Assembly (NCBI GenBank): GCA_963806855.1 | Contig: CAWDYW010000001.1 | Location: forward strand, 160,001 to 224,000 | Source: an uncultured Verrucomicrobiae bacterium | GTDB taxonomy: Bacteria; Chlamydiota; Chlamydiia; Chlamydiales; Rhabdochlamydiaceae | Length of the DNA stretch: 64,000 nucleotides | Direction: 5' to 3' | In this document: piece after piece, positions 28,215-39,333 of the stretch | Position numbering within the stretch: the first letter of the stretch is position 1 | How the letters are laid out: every line of letters starts with the position of its first letter | Made by a program: the position numbers and the translations under genes | The notes under the pieces: model-generated | What the model was told of the DNA's origin: nothing | Seen by the model: only the letters and a program-made list of their open reading frames with translations | Database searches by the model: none

Positions 28215-29297
28215 TTAGATTGACTGGTAGATGTTCTCCATTAGATCCAAGGTATGCTGTATGGTAAATTTATTTTCAACTAATTGGCGAGCCCTTTTTC
28301 CCATCTGCTGCCGTTTTTCTGGATCGTCATAGAGGGAGAGGACGGCGTTAGCGACATCTTTGGGGCGTCCGGGGGGCACGAGGATGCCGGTCTCTTGATT
28401 GCGACAGACTTCGGGAAGGCCGCCGACGGTGGTGGTGATCAGCGGTTTTTGGAGGTAGGCAGCTTGGAGGCAGGCTTGGGAGATTCCTTCGTTGGCGGTG
28501 CTGAGGAGGGTGAAGATGTCGAGGGCGGCGATGGCGGGGAAGGGGTTGTCGAGATGTCCGGTGAAATGGAGGATGTTGTCGAGGCCAAGTTCTGCGGCGA
28601 GGCCTTTGTACCGATCGACGTAGCCGCCGCCGATGATGACCCATTTGATTTGGTTGAAATCACGCAGCAGATGGGCCGCTTTCATCAGGTCTTGAATCCC
28701 TTTCCAGGAGCGGACGAAGCAGGCTGTCCCGACGAGGCAATCTTCTGGGCCAAGTCCAAGTTCTCGTCGAAATTCTTGGATATCGGCCCCGTTTGGCTGG
28801 AGCTCTTCGGGGTCGACTCCGGTGGCGACGAGGCGACATTTCTCTGGATGAATTTTTGATTGCTCGACGATCGGGGAAATGATCTGGCTGGAGGTGGTGA
28901 CGACGAAGTCAGCGAGGGAATTGTAGAGGAGGCGGCTGTTGAGTCCTTTTCGAATCGGGGTGGAGAGGTGGCGGGTGCGGATCACTTTTTTTCGGGTCAT
29001 CCGAGCTGCGACTCCCCCAATCCAAGCGTCGGTCGAGGAGTGGGTGTTGATCAGGTCGATTTTGTGTTTGTGGATTATTTTGACCAGTTGAAGCAAGGGG
29101 TAGAGGGCTTTGGGCTTGGAGTATTCGATTTCGTAGACGGTAAAGCCAGCGGCGCGGGCTCTTGCGACTAGGCCTCCTCCTTTGGCAACGGCCATGATGA
29201 CTTCATGTCCACGCTTTCGCATCCCTTCTGACTCACGGAGGATACGGATTTCTTGTCCTCCCCAGCCGTTTGAGCTTTCAGTGTGTAAGATTCGCAT
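28215..29297 (-). CDS. Glycosyltransferase family 4 (GT-B)
   Basis: HTESSNGWGGQE, NTHSS, EGISQACLQA, VGGLPEV. Confidence 0.92.
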   Translation of the reverse strand: MRILHTESSNGWGGQEIRILRESEGMRKRGHEVIMAVAKGGGLVARARAAGFTVYEIEYSKPKALYPLLQLVKIIHKHKIDLINTHSSTDAWIGGVAARMTRKKVIRTRHLSTPIRKGLNSRLLYNSLADFVVTTSSQIISPIVEQSKIHPEKCRLVATGVDPEELQPNGADIQEFRRELGLGPEDCLVGTACFVRSWKGIQDLMKAAHLLRDFNQIKWVIIGGGYVDRYKGLAAELGLDNILHFTGHLDNPFPAIAALDIFTLLSTANEGISQACLQAAYLQKPLITTTVGGLPEVCRNQETGILVPPGRPKDVANAVLSLYDDPEKRQQMGKRARQLVENKFTIQHTLDLMENIYQSI

Positions 29298-30321
29298 GGT
29301 TCTCCAGTAGGTTAAGGATTTGCCGGTGGCCGGATGAAAAGGGGAGCGTGGGAAGTTTCTCTAGGGCGAGCCACTGAAATCCTTCAATTTCTCTCTTCTC
29401 TTCGGCGATCCAAAGGGAGGGGAAAAGTTGAGATTTGTAGCGAGTAAAAGTGTGGGTGACGGTTTTTAAATTTTTACAGTGATGGAGCTTTCCGGGATAA
29501 AAAGTGTCGGATAATCCCCGATCGACGTAGGGGAACTCATAGAGTCCTGACATCACTTTTTTACCCCGGTGTTGTTGGACCAAGAATGCCTCTTGATGGT
29601 TGATTAGCAAAACTTCTCTCTCCAGTAGGGTGATCGAAGTGCGCTGCTTTTTTTTGGGGAGCTGCTCTGCTTTTCCTAAATGATAGGCTCGGCAGTCGTC
29701 CCTCAAGGGGCAGTCTGCGCACGCGGGTCTGCGGGTGCACACTGTGGCCCCAAGTTCTATTAACGCTTCCATAATGACCCATGGCTCTGTATCTGGCAAG
29801 AGTTCTTCTACTTTCTCTCTTAGTCTCTTTTGAACAGAGGGGAGGTCGATCGGCTCTTCAATGCAGAAAAATCGGCTGATCACACGGGCGACATTCCCAT
29901 CGAGGGCGGCAGCTTTTTTATGGAAAGCGAAGCTGAGGATCGCTCCGATGGTATAAGGGCCGAGTCCTTTGACTTCAGCCAGAAGCTTGGGATCGGAGGG
30001 GAGATTGCTGTTATGATGCTCGACCAAAAATTTCGCTCCCTCATGCAGGTTTCTAGCTCTTGAGTAATAGCCGAGTCCTTCCCAGAGTTTGATCACCTCT
30101 TCGATTGGGGCGGCGGCGAGGGCTTCGATTGTGGGGAAGCGGGCCATCCATCTTTCGAAATAGGGGACGACGACGGAGGCTTGGGTCTGTTGTAGCATCA
30201 CTTCAGAGACCCAAACGGCATATGGGGAGGGGTTGCCTCGCCAAGGAAAATTTCTCTTATTCTCTTCAAACCAGTCTCTTAAACCGATATGAGGAAAATC
30301 CTGCTTGTTAAATGGTTTCAT
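29278..30321 (-). CDS. mutY: A/G-specific adenine glycosylase
   Basis: WVSEVMLQQTQ, WEGLGYYSRARNL, HhH, C-x6-C-x2-C-x5-C Fe-S motif. Confidence 0.97.
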   Translation of the reverse strand: MKPFNKQDFPHIGLRDWFEENKRNFPWRGNPSPYAVWVSEVMLQQTQASVVVPYFERWMARFPTIEALAAAPIEEVIKLWEGLGYYSRARNLHEGAKFLVEHHNSNLPSDPKLLAEVKGLGPYTIGAILSFAFHKKAAALDGNVARVISRFFCIEEPIDLPSVQKRLREKVEELLPDTEPWVIMEALIELGATVCTRRPACADCPLRDDCRAYHLGKAEQLPKKKQRTSITLLEREVLLINHQEAFLVQQHRGKKVMSGLYEFPYVDRGLSDTFYPGKLHHCKNLKTVTHTFTRYKSQLFPSLWIAEEKREIEGFQWLALEKLPTLPFSSGHRQILNLLENHANLTH

Positions 30322-30350
30322 TGCTGTTAAATGAAAAGATCCGGATCATA

Positions 30351-30518
30351 ATACCCTGCGCGGTTAAAAATTGTGAATTTGGACCCACGCGAAAGCTCTC
30401 CGCGGTTCAACTGTTTTTCCGAGGGTAGTATCGAATTAATACTAACCCTCGGAAAAACAGTTGAACCCCGAGGCTTTGGCGCGGTCCAAATCCACAATTT
30501 TTTGACCGCGCTGGGTAT
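30351..30518. mobile_element. ~168-bp palindromic MITE-like element (family A)
   Basis: ATACC...GGTAT ends with near-complete self-complementarity; core nearly identical to 45024-45190 (inverted). Confidence 0.85.
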
Positions 30519-30529
30519 AAGAGGACATA

Positions 30530-31015
30530 ATGACAGTTAATCCAAACTCGAGCAAGGAAAATTGGGAAAAAATGGGGCAAAATCTAAACAACGCATTAAA
30601 ATATGAGATCGAGTTGATGCGGGAGCTTCTTTCCAATCTGCACCAAGAGGAGCTCGCTTTGCTGGAGAATGATCGACACCGATGGGGCAAGGTGATGGAG
30701 CAGAGATCTGACCATATTCTCAGTCTCAAGGTCATCCGCCATACACGGCTAAAAGCAACTGAAGAGTTGGCTAAGCTCGCCTCTGACCAGGGAAGGAAGG
30801 AACTTATTCCAGTCTATGATGAGGGAAGCTGTGAAATTTTGAGCAAACTCGACCAGATTTTCGCTCTCCTCGACCGGATTAACCTCCAAAACTGCCGCAA
30901 CGACGTCCTTTTCGAGCAGTCAAAGCAAAAGCAGGAGCTCCCCCTCCAATGCCCTTACCCCCATCCTCTGCATAAGAGCGTGAGAAAAACTAAGGTTGCA
31001 ACTTATAATCAGTAG
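30530..31015 (+). CDS. Hypothetical coiled-coil protein (FlgN-like chaperone fold possible)
   Basis: Helical 161-aa ORF with RBS AGAGGA. Confidence 0.55.
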   Translation: MTVNPNSSKENWEKMGQNLNNALKYEIELMRELLSNLHQEELALLENDRHRWGKVMEQRSDHILSLKVIRHTRLKATEELAKLASDQGRKELIPVYDEGSCEILSKLDQIFALLDRINLQNCRNDVLFEQSKQKQELPLQCPYPHPLHKSVRKTKVATYNQ

Positions 31016-31017
31016 CT

Positions 31018-31938
31018 ATGCAAAAAGCTGGGTTGATCTACGGACCTGAGTTTCACCATCTCGACCATCTTGCCCCTCTCTGCGCAGAGATGGGGATTCC
31101 GTTGATTCTGACCGATGAGACGATCGCAAAACAAGCGGAATTGTTTTATCCTGATCTCAAGATTCTCCATTGGGATCCGATGGAGGCGCCGCAACGGCTT
31201 GTTTCGCAATTCGATACAATTTACTGCTCTATCCCGCGGGTTCTCTTCGACGAAGTCTTTTTCTTTGCTCAGGCGATTCACAATAAGCGGATTCGGACAA
31301 TATGGTGTCCCCATGGCAACTCCGACAAGGGGCGCTCCACTCGGTTTATGGAGGCCCTGGTGCATGAAGAGGAGTTACTGACCTACGGGCCGAGAATCGA
31401 GGCGTTTTTAAGGGAAAAGGGGGTGCAAGCGCCCTTTACCCGTGTCGGGAACTACCGTTTGGCCTACTATCAAAAGCACAAGGACTTCTACCAAAAGCTC
31501 TTACCGCCAAAAACGAAACCGACGATTCTCTATGCTCCAACATGGCAAGATCAGGAGAAAAACTCTTCCTTCCCCTCGTTCTGGCCCTATCTTTGCAAGG
31601 TGCCGCAACACTTTTCGCTCATTGTGAAACTCCACCCCAATCTCTATCAACAATACCCTGAAGAGATTGCTCAGCTTGAAAATATTGTCGAAGACTTCCC
31701 CCCTATTTACCCCATTCTCGACCGAACCGATATTTATATTGGGGATATGTCCTCGATTGGGTATGACTTTCTCTCTTTCAAACGGCCGATGATTTTGCTC
31801 AAAGAGTCGGAGCTATGCAAGGCAGGAACTTATCTTTCACCCGATCGGGTTGATCAGGTATTCGAAGTGTGTGAGAGGCTGCTCGGTTCAAGTTCAGGTG
31901 AGTGCGACCTGTATGCAGAAACTTTTAAAAAATGTTGA
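31018..31938 (+). CDS. CDP-glycerol glycerophosphotransferase (TagB/TagF-like) family protein
   Basis: HLDHLAPL, PHGNSDKG, ILYAPTW, VKLHP, GDMSSIGYDFL. Confidence 0.75.
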   Translation: MQKAGLIYGPEFHHLDHLAPLCAEMGIPLILTDETIAKQAELFYPDLKILHWDPMEAPQRLVSQFDTIYCSIPRVLFDEVFFFAQAIHNKRIRTIWCPHGNSDKGRSTRFMEALVHEEELLTYGPRIEAFLREKGVQAPFTRVGNYRLAYYQKHKDFYQKLLPPKTKPTILYAPTWQDQEKNSSFPSFWPYLCKVPQHFSLIVKLHPNLYQQYPEEIAQLENIVEDFPPIYPILDRTDIYIGDMSSIGYDFLSFKRPMILLKESELCKAGTYLSPDRVDQVFEVCERLLGSSSGECDLYAETFKKC

Positions 31939-32035
31939 AATAAATTTTGACCAAGCGTTGAATGGGGTCAATGGCGCCCCCTCTTAGATCGTCTAAGTGG
32001 GCACCAGAAAAAAACTGTGATATATAGGTCATTTC

Positions 32036-32167
32036 ATGAAAGAAAAACAAAGCAAAAAACCAGGTCAACAACCTCAGCAACCACAAAAATCATGGGGGCA
32101 GCAACCACAGCAGCCACAAAAGCCTCCAATGGGACAACCAAAAAAACAGGATCCAAAAAAGAAGTAA
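32036..32167 (+). CDS. Small 43-aa Gln/Pro/Lys-rich protein (below the ORF-track cutoff)
   Basis: MKEKQSKKPGQQPQQPQKSWGQQPQQPQKPPMGQPKKQDPKKK*; internal repeat with synonymous variation; followed by a terminator. Confidence 0.7.
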   Translation: MKEKQSKKPGQQPQQPQKSWGQQPQQPQKPPMGQPKKQDPKKK

Positions 32168-32189
32168 TTTGGTGAAATTTACGAAATTG

Positions 32190-32220
32190 AAAAAGGCATG
32201 TCCGACGACATGCCTTTTTT
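32190..32220. terminator. Bidirectional intrinsic terminator
   Basis: AAAAAGGCATGTC-CGAC-GACATGCCTTTTTT. Confidence 0.8.
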
Positions 32221-32255
32221 ATTGAGGTTATTGCGCTTTGGGGCCGTTGCCGTTT

Positions 32256-32621
32256 TTAAGCCTCTAACGCTTTCATCATGCTTTTGCCGCCATGAAGACC
32301 GACCATCAGGAAGATGACGGGAGCGAGGAAAATGGCAACGATGAGAGCGAGTAAACCGATGATCAGTTGGACGGCTCCTTCTTTAGAGGTGATCATAGCG
32401 GATACCTTGTGATGGAATTGACTGATCTTCTCGGCCAGCATCGATCCGACAATCGCTCCAATCCCTGCGAAGAAAATGCTCAATTCCGCACCCCAAAATA
32501 CCAGTGAGAAGATTGTCGCCAATACAAAAAGGGCGCAAAAGAAGATCTCATACCGGTAACCTCTTGCATAACCTTCAATCTCTTTGACAGTTACGCCTTC
32601 TTTTTTACTTTTGTCATTCAT
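32256..32621 (-). CDS. Hypothetical membrane protein
   Basis: 121 aa with 3-4 TM helices. Confidence 0.7.
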   Translation of the reverse strand: MNDKSKKEGVTVKEIEGYARGYRYEIFFCALFVLATIFSLVFWGAELSIFFAGIGAIVGSMLAEKISQFHHKVSAMITSKEGAVQLIIGLLALIVAIFLAPVIFLMVGLHGGKSMMKALEA

Positions 32622-32720
32622 AACATCTCCATTTGATAAATCTTGTTCGTTTAACCCTAATCTAATTATTCAAGATAATTTTATCAACTCAATTTGTTGG
32701 ATTTTTTCCTCTGATCGTCT

Positions 32721-33872
32721 ATGATGGGGTCGCTTATGTTGATTGCATTCCGATCTCGTATCGTTCTTAACCACATGTTTGCTATCGCGAAATGGTCGAT
32801 CGGCTCCATGACTGTGGCTCTGCTGATCTATTTTGCCATTTCGATGTTTCGTGCAAAGTCGATTGAGGCAGTTGCCCCTACAATTCAGTCAGTTGCAGCT
32901 GTTGATGTAGAGAAAATGCTCACCGGGCCTCTTGGGTTATATGAAAATAAACGCTCTGCTCTGGCGTTGGCATTAGAACAAAACCTGATCCTCCTTGTAC
33001 AGAATGTCCGACCTGATCTGGGCCTTGGGGAGAGGATTTTTTCGATCGGCTTCAAAGGCTCTGAAGAGCAAAGAGTTATAAAGGAAAATGAGTCGATCCA
33101 GTTCACTTGGAATGAAGAAAAGGTGGAGCTGGTGCCTCATCTAATCAAGGGAGATAGAGTCCTTCTCAAGCTAGGAGAAGAAGAACTCTTCCTGCAGGAA
33201 AACCCGAAGGGCATGGACAATTTTGACCAGTTTCAGGCAAAGTGGTGGGGGAGCGATCTCTTTTTCCGGGAGTATGGGGGTGCTGAGTACCGAGAGTTAG
33301 GAGAAAAATACAAGGTGGAACTGACCGATGGGAATGTGCGCTATTTTGTCTATGTACAACCCCATGATACTCTCACCTTAAAGGAAGGGCGCTGGAGCGT
33401 AGGCGAGGCCGATCGATCTGCCCCCCTGGCTGTGGTGAACGAGGTTTCCGACAGCGAGTTAGAGATGGAGGCGTGGGATGAGAGTGGAGCCTCCCTCTTT
33501 CAGACCAAGGTGCCGCTTCAAAAACATCAACCAATCCGCTTTGCACCCGACCAGGTGATTGCCGATCCGAAATTGCGCAGTGGCAGTCAGGTTTCTTGCA
33601 AGATCGGGAAAAAGCGAGTGGTTTTAAAGCCAAATGATTGGGTAATAAAGACACAAACTGGGTGGCGTAAGTTGATCACAATTAACGAAATCGAATCCTA
33701 CTTAAACAATGAGCTGCTCGAGGAGCTCTTTGTTGTCGATTCGATCGAACAGGGTGGGCAAATTCGAGGACGCCATTTTGATGCGCTCCGGACGCAGATG
33801 AAACCGTTTACAATTCAAGCAGCCTCTGCGAAAGTAAAATCGACTAAGAAAAGGACTTCGACCGCAAAGTGA
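32721..33872 (+). CDS. Chlamydial conserved protein upstream of gspD (T2SS-associated)
   Basis: N-terminal TM; WWGSDLFFREYGG; first gene of the gsp operon. Confidence 0.65.
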   Translation: MMGSLMLIAFRSRIVLNHMFAIAKWSIGSMTVALLIYFAISMFRAKSIEAVAPTIQSVAAVDVEKMLTGPLGLYENKRSALALALEQNLILLVQNVRPDLGLGERIFSIGFKGSEEQRVIKENESIQFTWNEEKVELVPHLIKGDRVLLKLGEEELFLQENPKGMDNFDQFQAKWWGSDLFFREYGGAEYRELGEKYKVELTDGNVRYFVYVQPHDTLTLKEGRWSVGEADRSAPLAVVNEVSDSELEMEAWDESGASLFQTKVPLQKHQPIRFAPDQVIADPKLRSGSQVSCKIGKKRVVLKPNDWVIKTQTGWRKLITINEIESYLNNELLEELFVVDSIEQGGQIRGRHFDALRTQMKPFTIQAASAKVKSTKKRTSTAK

Positions 33873-36217
33873 TGAAACAAATTACTCCAGCTATTATACT
33901 TTGATAATGACCTCTCTTTTTGCTCAGACGATTGAGGAGAAGAAGGCAACTTGTGTCCAAGTGGTGGGTGAGCAGGCTCCACTTCAAGTGACGCAAGTGA
34001 ATCAAAAGCTGGCAGAATTAAGAGCGAAACTAAACGAGCAGATGGGCGCTGCGGCTAAGTTGCATGACTCTGGCGGTCAAGATGAAGAATATCAGGTCCT
34101 TTTGCAAGCCGTACAAACGGTGAAAGGGGAAATGATCGCCCTTCAAGAGCGATGGCGCCAATCGTCGACCTTGCAGACCAAGCGTGAAGAAGAGGGGTAT
34201 GCCCTTTGGGATCAGGAGGAGACTTCGCTGGCCTCTTTGGTGATGGAGTATGGGGCTTCAGAATATCTCTACATTGTGCCGCCCGAGATGACGGGGATGA
34301 AGGTGACGATGCACTCCAATCTCCCCATTCCGAGGGAATCTTGGGGCGATATGCTCGAGATTATCTTGGCTCAGAATGGTGTGGGAGTCAAACAGGTCAA
34401 TCCTTATACGCGTCAGCTCTTCATTTTCAAGCAGGACCCCTCTGCGGTGACGGCGATCGCCTCCTCGCCCGAGGATATTCAGTTTATTCAGGATCATCGG
34501 CGCATTTTCTATGTCTTTTCGCCACCTGTAGAGCAAATCAAAACGGCCTTTCAATTCTTTGAGCGGTTCTCCGATCCTAAGATGACCTTTGTCTACAACA
34601 TTGGAGGAAAAATCGCTCTGGTGTCGACCAAGGATGAGATCGAGAAGCTGATCCAACTCTACAATACGGTTTGGAAGGATCCACAGGGAAAAATCTCGAA
34701 AGTGGTGCCGATCTCCAAGATGAGCGTCAAGGAGATGGAGAAGATTCTTCAGGCGTTTTTCAATGAGGCGATTGAAAAATTCCAACGGGTTCCCTTGGGG
34801 AAATTTGATAATGAAGGGCTTTCGATCATCACTCCGACGCAGGGCAATTCTCTCATTCTGATGGGGCGTCGAGAAGTGGTTGAGCGGGCTGAAAAGCTGG
34901 TGGCGGATACCGAAAATCAGCTTCAAGACCCTGCTGAGATGACGATTTTCATCTACAACTGCAGGCACAGCGACCCAAATGATCTCGCCAAGGTGCTCGA
35001 CAAAGTCTACTACTCGATTTTCCATGCTATCCCTGATTCACGCGAGAATCTCGATGTCAATTTCACAGCGCGAGGAGCGGCTCTGCAAGCTGCACCCGAT
35101 GGGTATGCTCAAGCACCTGGGCTGACAGTGCCGCCGCAACGATTCAAGCCGGAGATCGATTCAAAACTTGAAGTGGATCAGAATATTGAGCATTTCATTC
35201 CCGATGTCAAAACAGGCAATCTCTTGATGGTGGTAAGGCGCGATGTGCTTCCTCGCATTAAAGATCTGCTTCGTCAGCTCGATGTGCCTAAAAAGATGGT
35301 TCAAATCGAGGTGCTCCTTTTTGAGAAAAAGCTCAACAGTCAGACCAACTATGGGCTAAACCTCTTAAAGCTCGGCAACCCCCACAATGGAGCGCGCTAT
35401 GACGGACCAAAGCCCCCTGCCGCCAAATGGACTCAATGCGCCGGTGGGCAACGGGGTGCTGGCCTTCCTTTTCTCTGGCGCTAAGTCGAAATATTTCCCC
35501 GCCTTTGATCTCGCCTATAGCTTCTTGATGACGCAAGAGGATGTTCAGCTCAACGCCGCCCCTTCGGTGATCACGGTCAACCAGACCCCTGCGACCATCT
35601 CGATCATGGAGGAGATCTCGCTTAACAACGGAGCCGCGCCGATCGATACCAACAAAGGGATTGCCTTTGAGAAGTCATTCACGCGGGCCCAGTACGGGAT
35701 TAACATCATTCTAACGCCGATTATCCATCTTGCAGACGAGTGCGATGAAGATAGTGAAGAGGCTGGATTTGTCACGTTGCAGACCAATATTACCTTTGAC
35801 ACAACCAAGCCCCATATTGACGGCCGCCCGGACGTCGAAAAACGGCACATTGAAAACGAGGTCCGCGTCTTGGATGGTCAGACGGTGATTCTCGGGGGCC
35901 TGCGCCGCAAATCGATGCGCGATCGAACCCAAAAAGTCCCCTTCTTGGGAGAGATTCCCGGAATTGGAAAACTGTTTGGTTCAACTGAGTTGACCGATGA
36001 CAACACCGAAATGTTCTTCTTCATCACTCCTAGAATCATTACCGATCCGAAAGAAGAGCTCCTCTATTTGCGTTGTCTAGATCTAGAAAAGCGTCCTGGA
36101 GATATCCCCGAATTCCTCTGTCGTCTGGTCACAGCGCGCGAATGTGAAAAGAAAAGATTATTTTCAAGCAGCATAAGGGCATTCTTTGGTGAAAAACAAC
36201 AATACTACTATGACTGA
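33872..36217 (+). CDS. gspD: Type II secretion secretin GspD; apparent indels ~33900 and ~35420
   Basis: LDVPKKMVQIEVLLFE, AAPSVITVNQTPATI, GQTVILGGL...KVPFLGEIPGIGKLFG...FFFITPRII. Confidence 0.92.
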
Positions 36218-37754
36218 GTTAGCCAATTTTGGACTACAGGTGGTGGAAGAGCTTTTCCAATACCCCTACGTCAAAAATCGGGAGCAAATTATCCCCTATG
36301 AATTTGCCAAATCCCATCTCGTTCTCCCTTTAGAATGCAAAGACGGAATCCTCCACGTCGCCATCGCGGATCCTCTCGCTTTAGAGGTACTTGAGGAGGT
36401 GCGGCTGCTGACAGGAAAAGAGGTGCGCGATGTTCTGGCCTCGCGAGAGATGCTCGAAGCGGCAATTGAGCAGTGTTATCATCAGACCGAAGAGGCTACC
36501 TCACAGTTATTCACTAGTTTGAACGAAAACGCAGCGCGCAATCAAATTGAAGATGATGGCGAAGGGTATGATCTGCTCGGCCAAAAGAGCAGCGATTCCC
36601 CTGTCATCCGCATGCTCAATGCGATTTTGCTCGAGGCGATCCAACAGGGGGCATCCGATATCCACTTTGAGCCGCTCGAATCCAGCCTATCGGTCCGGTA
36701 TCGGATCGATGGCGTTTTGCAGCTGCGCCACATCCCTTCTAAAGAATACCAATCTCAGCTGCTCGCCCGCATCAAAGTGATGTCTCGGCTCGATATTGCC
36801 GAGCAGCGGCTGCCGCAGGATGGACGAATCAAGCTTCGGCTCGGGGCCCGTCAGATCGATTTTCGAGTGAGCACGATCCCCGTTGTCTACGGCGAGCGGA
36901 TTGTCCTCCGTATTCTCGACAAGAGCAATATCATGCTCGGCCTCAATAAAATCGGGATGCGTCCGGCGATCTTAGAGAAATTTAAAAACCTGATCAGCCT
37001 CAGCGAAGGGATTGTCCTTGTGACCGGACCGACTGGAAGCGGGAAAACCACCACCCTGTATAGCGCGCTGGCCGAAATCAATTCCTCCCACACCAACATC
37101 ATGACCATCGAGGATCCTGTCGAGTACAAACTGCAGGCCATGGCTCAGATCGCCGTCAATCCGAAGATCAACCTCACCTTCTCGACAGGCTTGCGCCACA
37201 TTCTGAGGCAAGACCCCGATGTGATCATGATCGGGGAGATTCGCGACCGGGAAACCGCTGAAATTGCGATTCAGGCAGCCCTCACCGGACACCTTGTGCT
37301 GACGACACTCCACACCAACGATGCCCCCTCAGCCCTCACCCGCCTCGTCGATATGGGGATCGAACCCTACCTCCTCTCCTCATCGGTGATCGGAGTGCTT
37401 GCGCAGCGGCTTGTTCGGCAAATTTGCCCCAAATGCAAGACCGGCTACCAACCGACCGAAGTCGAGCTGCAAAATTTAAGGATAGACGATCCTATCGATA
37501 CCCTCTACTACGGCAAAGGGTGCCCCGATTGCTACGAGACCGGATATAAGGGGCGGCTCGGGATCTACGAATTGATGGGGATGAGCGGCCCTCTGCGGCG
37601 CAAATTGGTCGAAACGGCCGATAGCTCCTCGCTGCAGAAAGTGGCGCTGGACGAAGGGATGACGACCTTGCGGCAAGATGGAGGGGTCCTTGTGGCTCAA
37701 GGTCTTACCACTACTGCCGAAGTGCTCCGCGTCACCCGGGGTTGCGAGGAATAG
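36210..37754 (+). CDS. gspE: Type II secretion ATPase GspE
   Basis: ASDIHFEP, RLPQDGRI, Walker A GPTGSGKTTT, LRQDPDVIMIGEIRD, CPKC/CPDC. Confidence 0.96.
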   Translation: MTELANFGLQVVEELFQYPYVKNREQIIPYEFAKSHLVLPLECKDGILHVAIADPLALEVLEEVRLLTGKEVRDVLASREMLEAAIEQCYHQTEEATSQLFTSLNENAARNQIEDDGEGYDLLGQKSSDSPVIRMLNAILLEAIQQGASDIHFEPLESSLSVRYRIDGVLQLRHIPSKEYQSQLLARIKVMSRLDIAEQRLPQDGRIKLRLGARQIDFRVSTIPVVYGERIVLRILDKSNIMLGLNKIGMRPAILEKFKNLISLSEGIVLVTGPTGSGKTTTLYSALAEINSSHTNIMTIEDPVEYKLQAMAQIAVNPKINLTFSTGLRHILRQDPDVIMIGEIRDRETAEIAIQAALTGHLVLTTLHTNDAPSALTRLVDMGIEPYLLSSSVIGVLAQRLVRQICPKCKTGYQPTEVELQNLRIDDPIDTLYYGKGCPDCYETGYKGRLGIYELMGMSGPLRRKLVETADSSSLQKVALDEGMTTLRQDGGVLVAQGLTTTAEVLRVTRGCEE

Positions 37755-37757
37755 ACC

Positions 37758-38943
37758 ATGCCGATTTTTCGCTATCGAGCACTCACCGAGACAGGGACAA
37801 AAGTGAGCGGTGTGATCGATGCCGATTCTTTCGAGCTTGCCAAAGAGAGACTCAGACGGGAAAAAGTGCTCGTCACCAAATTGAGCCTGCTCGAAAATAA
37901 AAAAGAGATCTCCCTTAATTCCTCCATGTTGCTCGCTTTTACCCGCGAACTGTCCCAGCTGCTCGGCTCGGGGCTCCCTCTCTATGAAAGCCTTTTGACC
38001 ATTGAGGAAAAATATCGGCGTCACCGGACCCATCCCCTCTTCCTCGATCTGTGCGATAAGCTCAAAAGCGGCCATCAACTTTCAACCATCTTGAAAGGCT
38101 ATCCCAAATCGTTCGATGCGATCTACATCACATTGGCCGAAGCGGGGGAGAGAACCGGCGCTTTGGCGTGGTCGTTCAAGCAACTCTACGAGCTGACAGA
38201 GCGTCGGCAAAGACTCAAAAAAAAGCTCATCAGCGCCATGGCCTATCCTGCCTTCCTAGGAGCCTTTTGTTTCCTCATCGTCATCGGACTGCTTCGTCTT
38301 CATCATCCCCTCAATGAGCGAGCTCTTCGAGGGACGGGCCCTTCACCCCCTCACCCAGATCGTCCTCGCCATGAGCCGCGGGCTGCAAAAATCTTACCTG
38401 CCTCTTATCTTACTGCTGGGCGGCCTTGTAGTGAGCTTGACCTATTTTTTCAAACGGCCCCAAGGGCGCATCCTCTTTCAGCAGGTTCTTCAGAAAATTC
38501 CGCTGATGAAAACCATCCTTAACCAGGCCGCCCTCATCCGCTTTTGCCGCAGCACCTCGATCCTCCTCTTTGGAGGGGTGCCGCTCGTCACAGCTCTGGA
38601 AATTGCCCGCAAAGTGATGAAACATGCCCTGCTTGAAGAGGCGATCGAAGAGGCCCAAAAAAAAATTACCGAGGGGAAATCGCTCAGCCAGGAGCTGAAA
38701 AAATCTAACCACATCCCCTCCCTAGTGACCCGGATGCTGGCGATTGCCGAGGAGACCGGCAAGATGCCCGAGATGCTTGAGAGCCTCTCCGATATTTACG
38801 ATCAAGAACTGGAGCGGAGCTTAGGCTATATTACCACCTTTCTGCAGCCGGCCCTCCTAATTATTCTTGGCGGAATTGTCGGTTTAGTCGTATTATCTAT
38901 CCTTTTACCGCTCACCGATGTGAGCTCATTAATTTCTAACTAA
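37758..38943 (+). CDS. gspF: Type II secretion inner-membrane protein GspF; apparent indel ~38293
   Basis: FTRELSQLLGSGLPL, AGERTGAL, MAYPAF, then MLAIAEETGKMPEML...LQPALLI. Confidence 0.93.
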
Positions 38944-38952
38944 AGAGAAGCT

Positions 38953-39333
38953 ATGCAAAAGAAACGGACCTTCACCCTTCTGGAAATCATGATCGTGATT
39001 TTTTTAATCGGCCTGATCGGAGGCATCGTCAGCTATAGCATGAAAGGGAGCCTAGAAGAGGGAAAAGCCTTTAAAACCGAACAGGCGATCATGCGGGTTG
39101 TAGATCTATTGAGCTAGAGCAAGCACGGGGAACACGCACAAGAAATCAATGGAAAGCTCACAGGAACCTTCTCAAGGCCCAAGGGGTTGTTAAAAATCTG
39201 AAGAGTATACTGAAGGATGGATGGGGGAAAGTCGACTCCATGATGAGCGTTAAAAATAATGGAGAGGTCGAAATGACGTCGGCAGGACTTAAACAACTAT
39301 AAAGTCTAAAAAAGCACAAGAGAGAGACAATGC
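38953..39333 (+). CDS. Pseudopilin (GspG-like), broken by apparent indels; end approximate
   Basis: MQKKRTFTLLEIMIVIFLIGLIGG prepilin motif; LKDGWG downstream in another frame. Confidence 0.75.
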
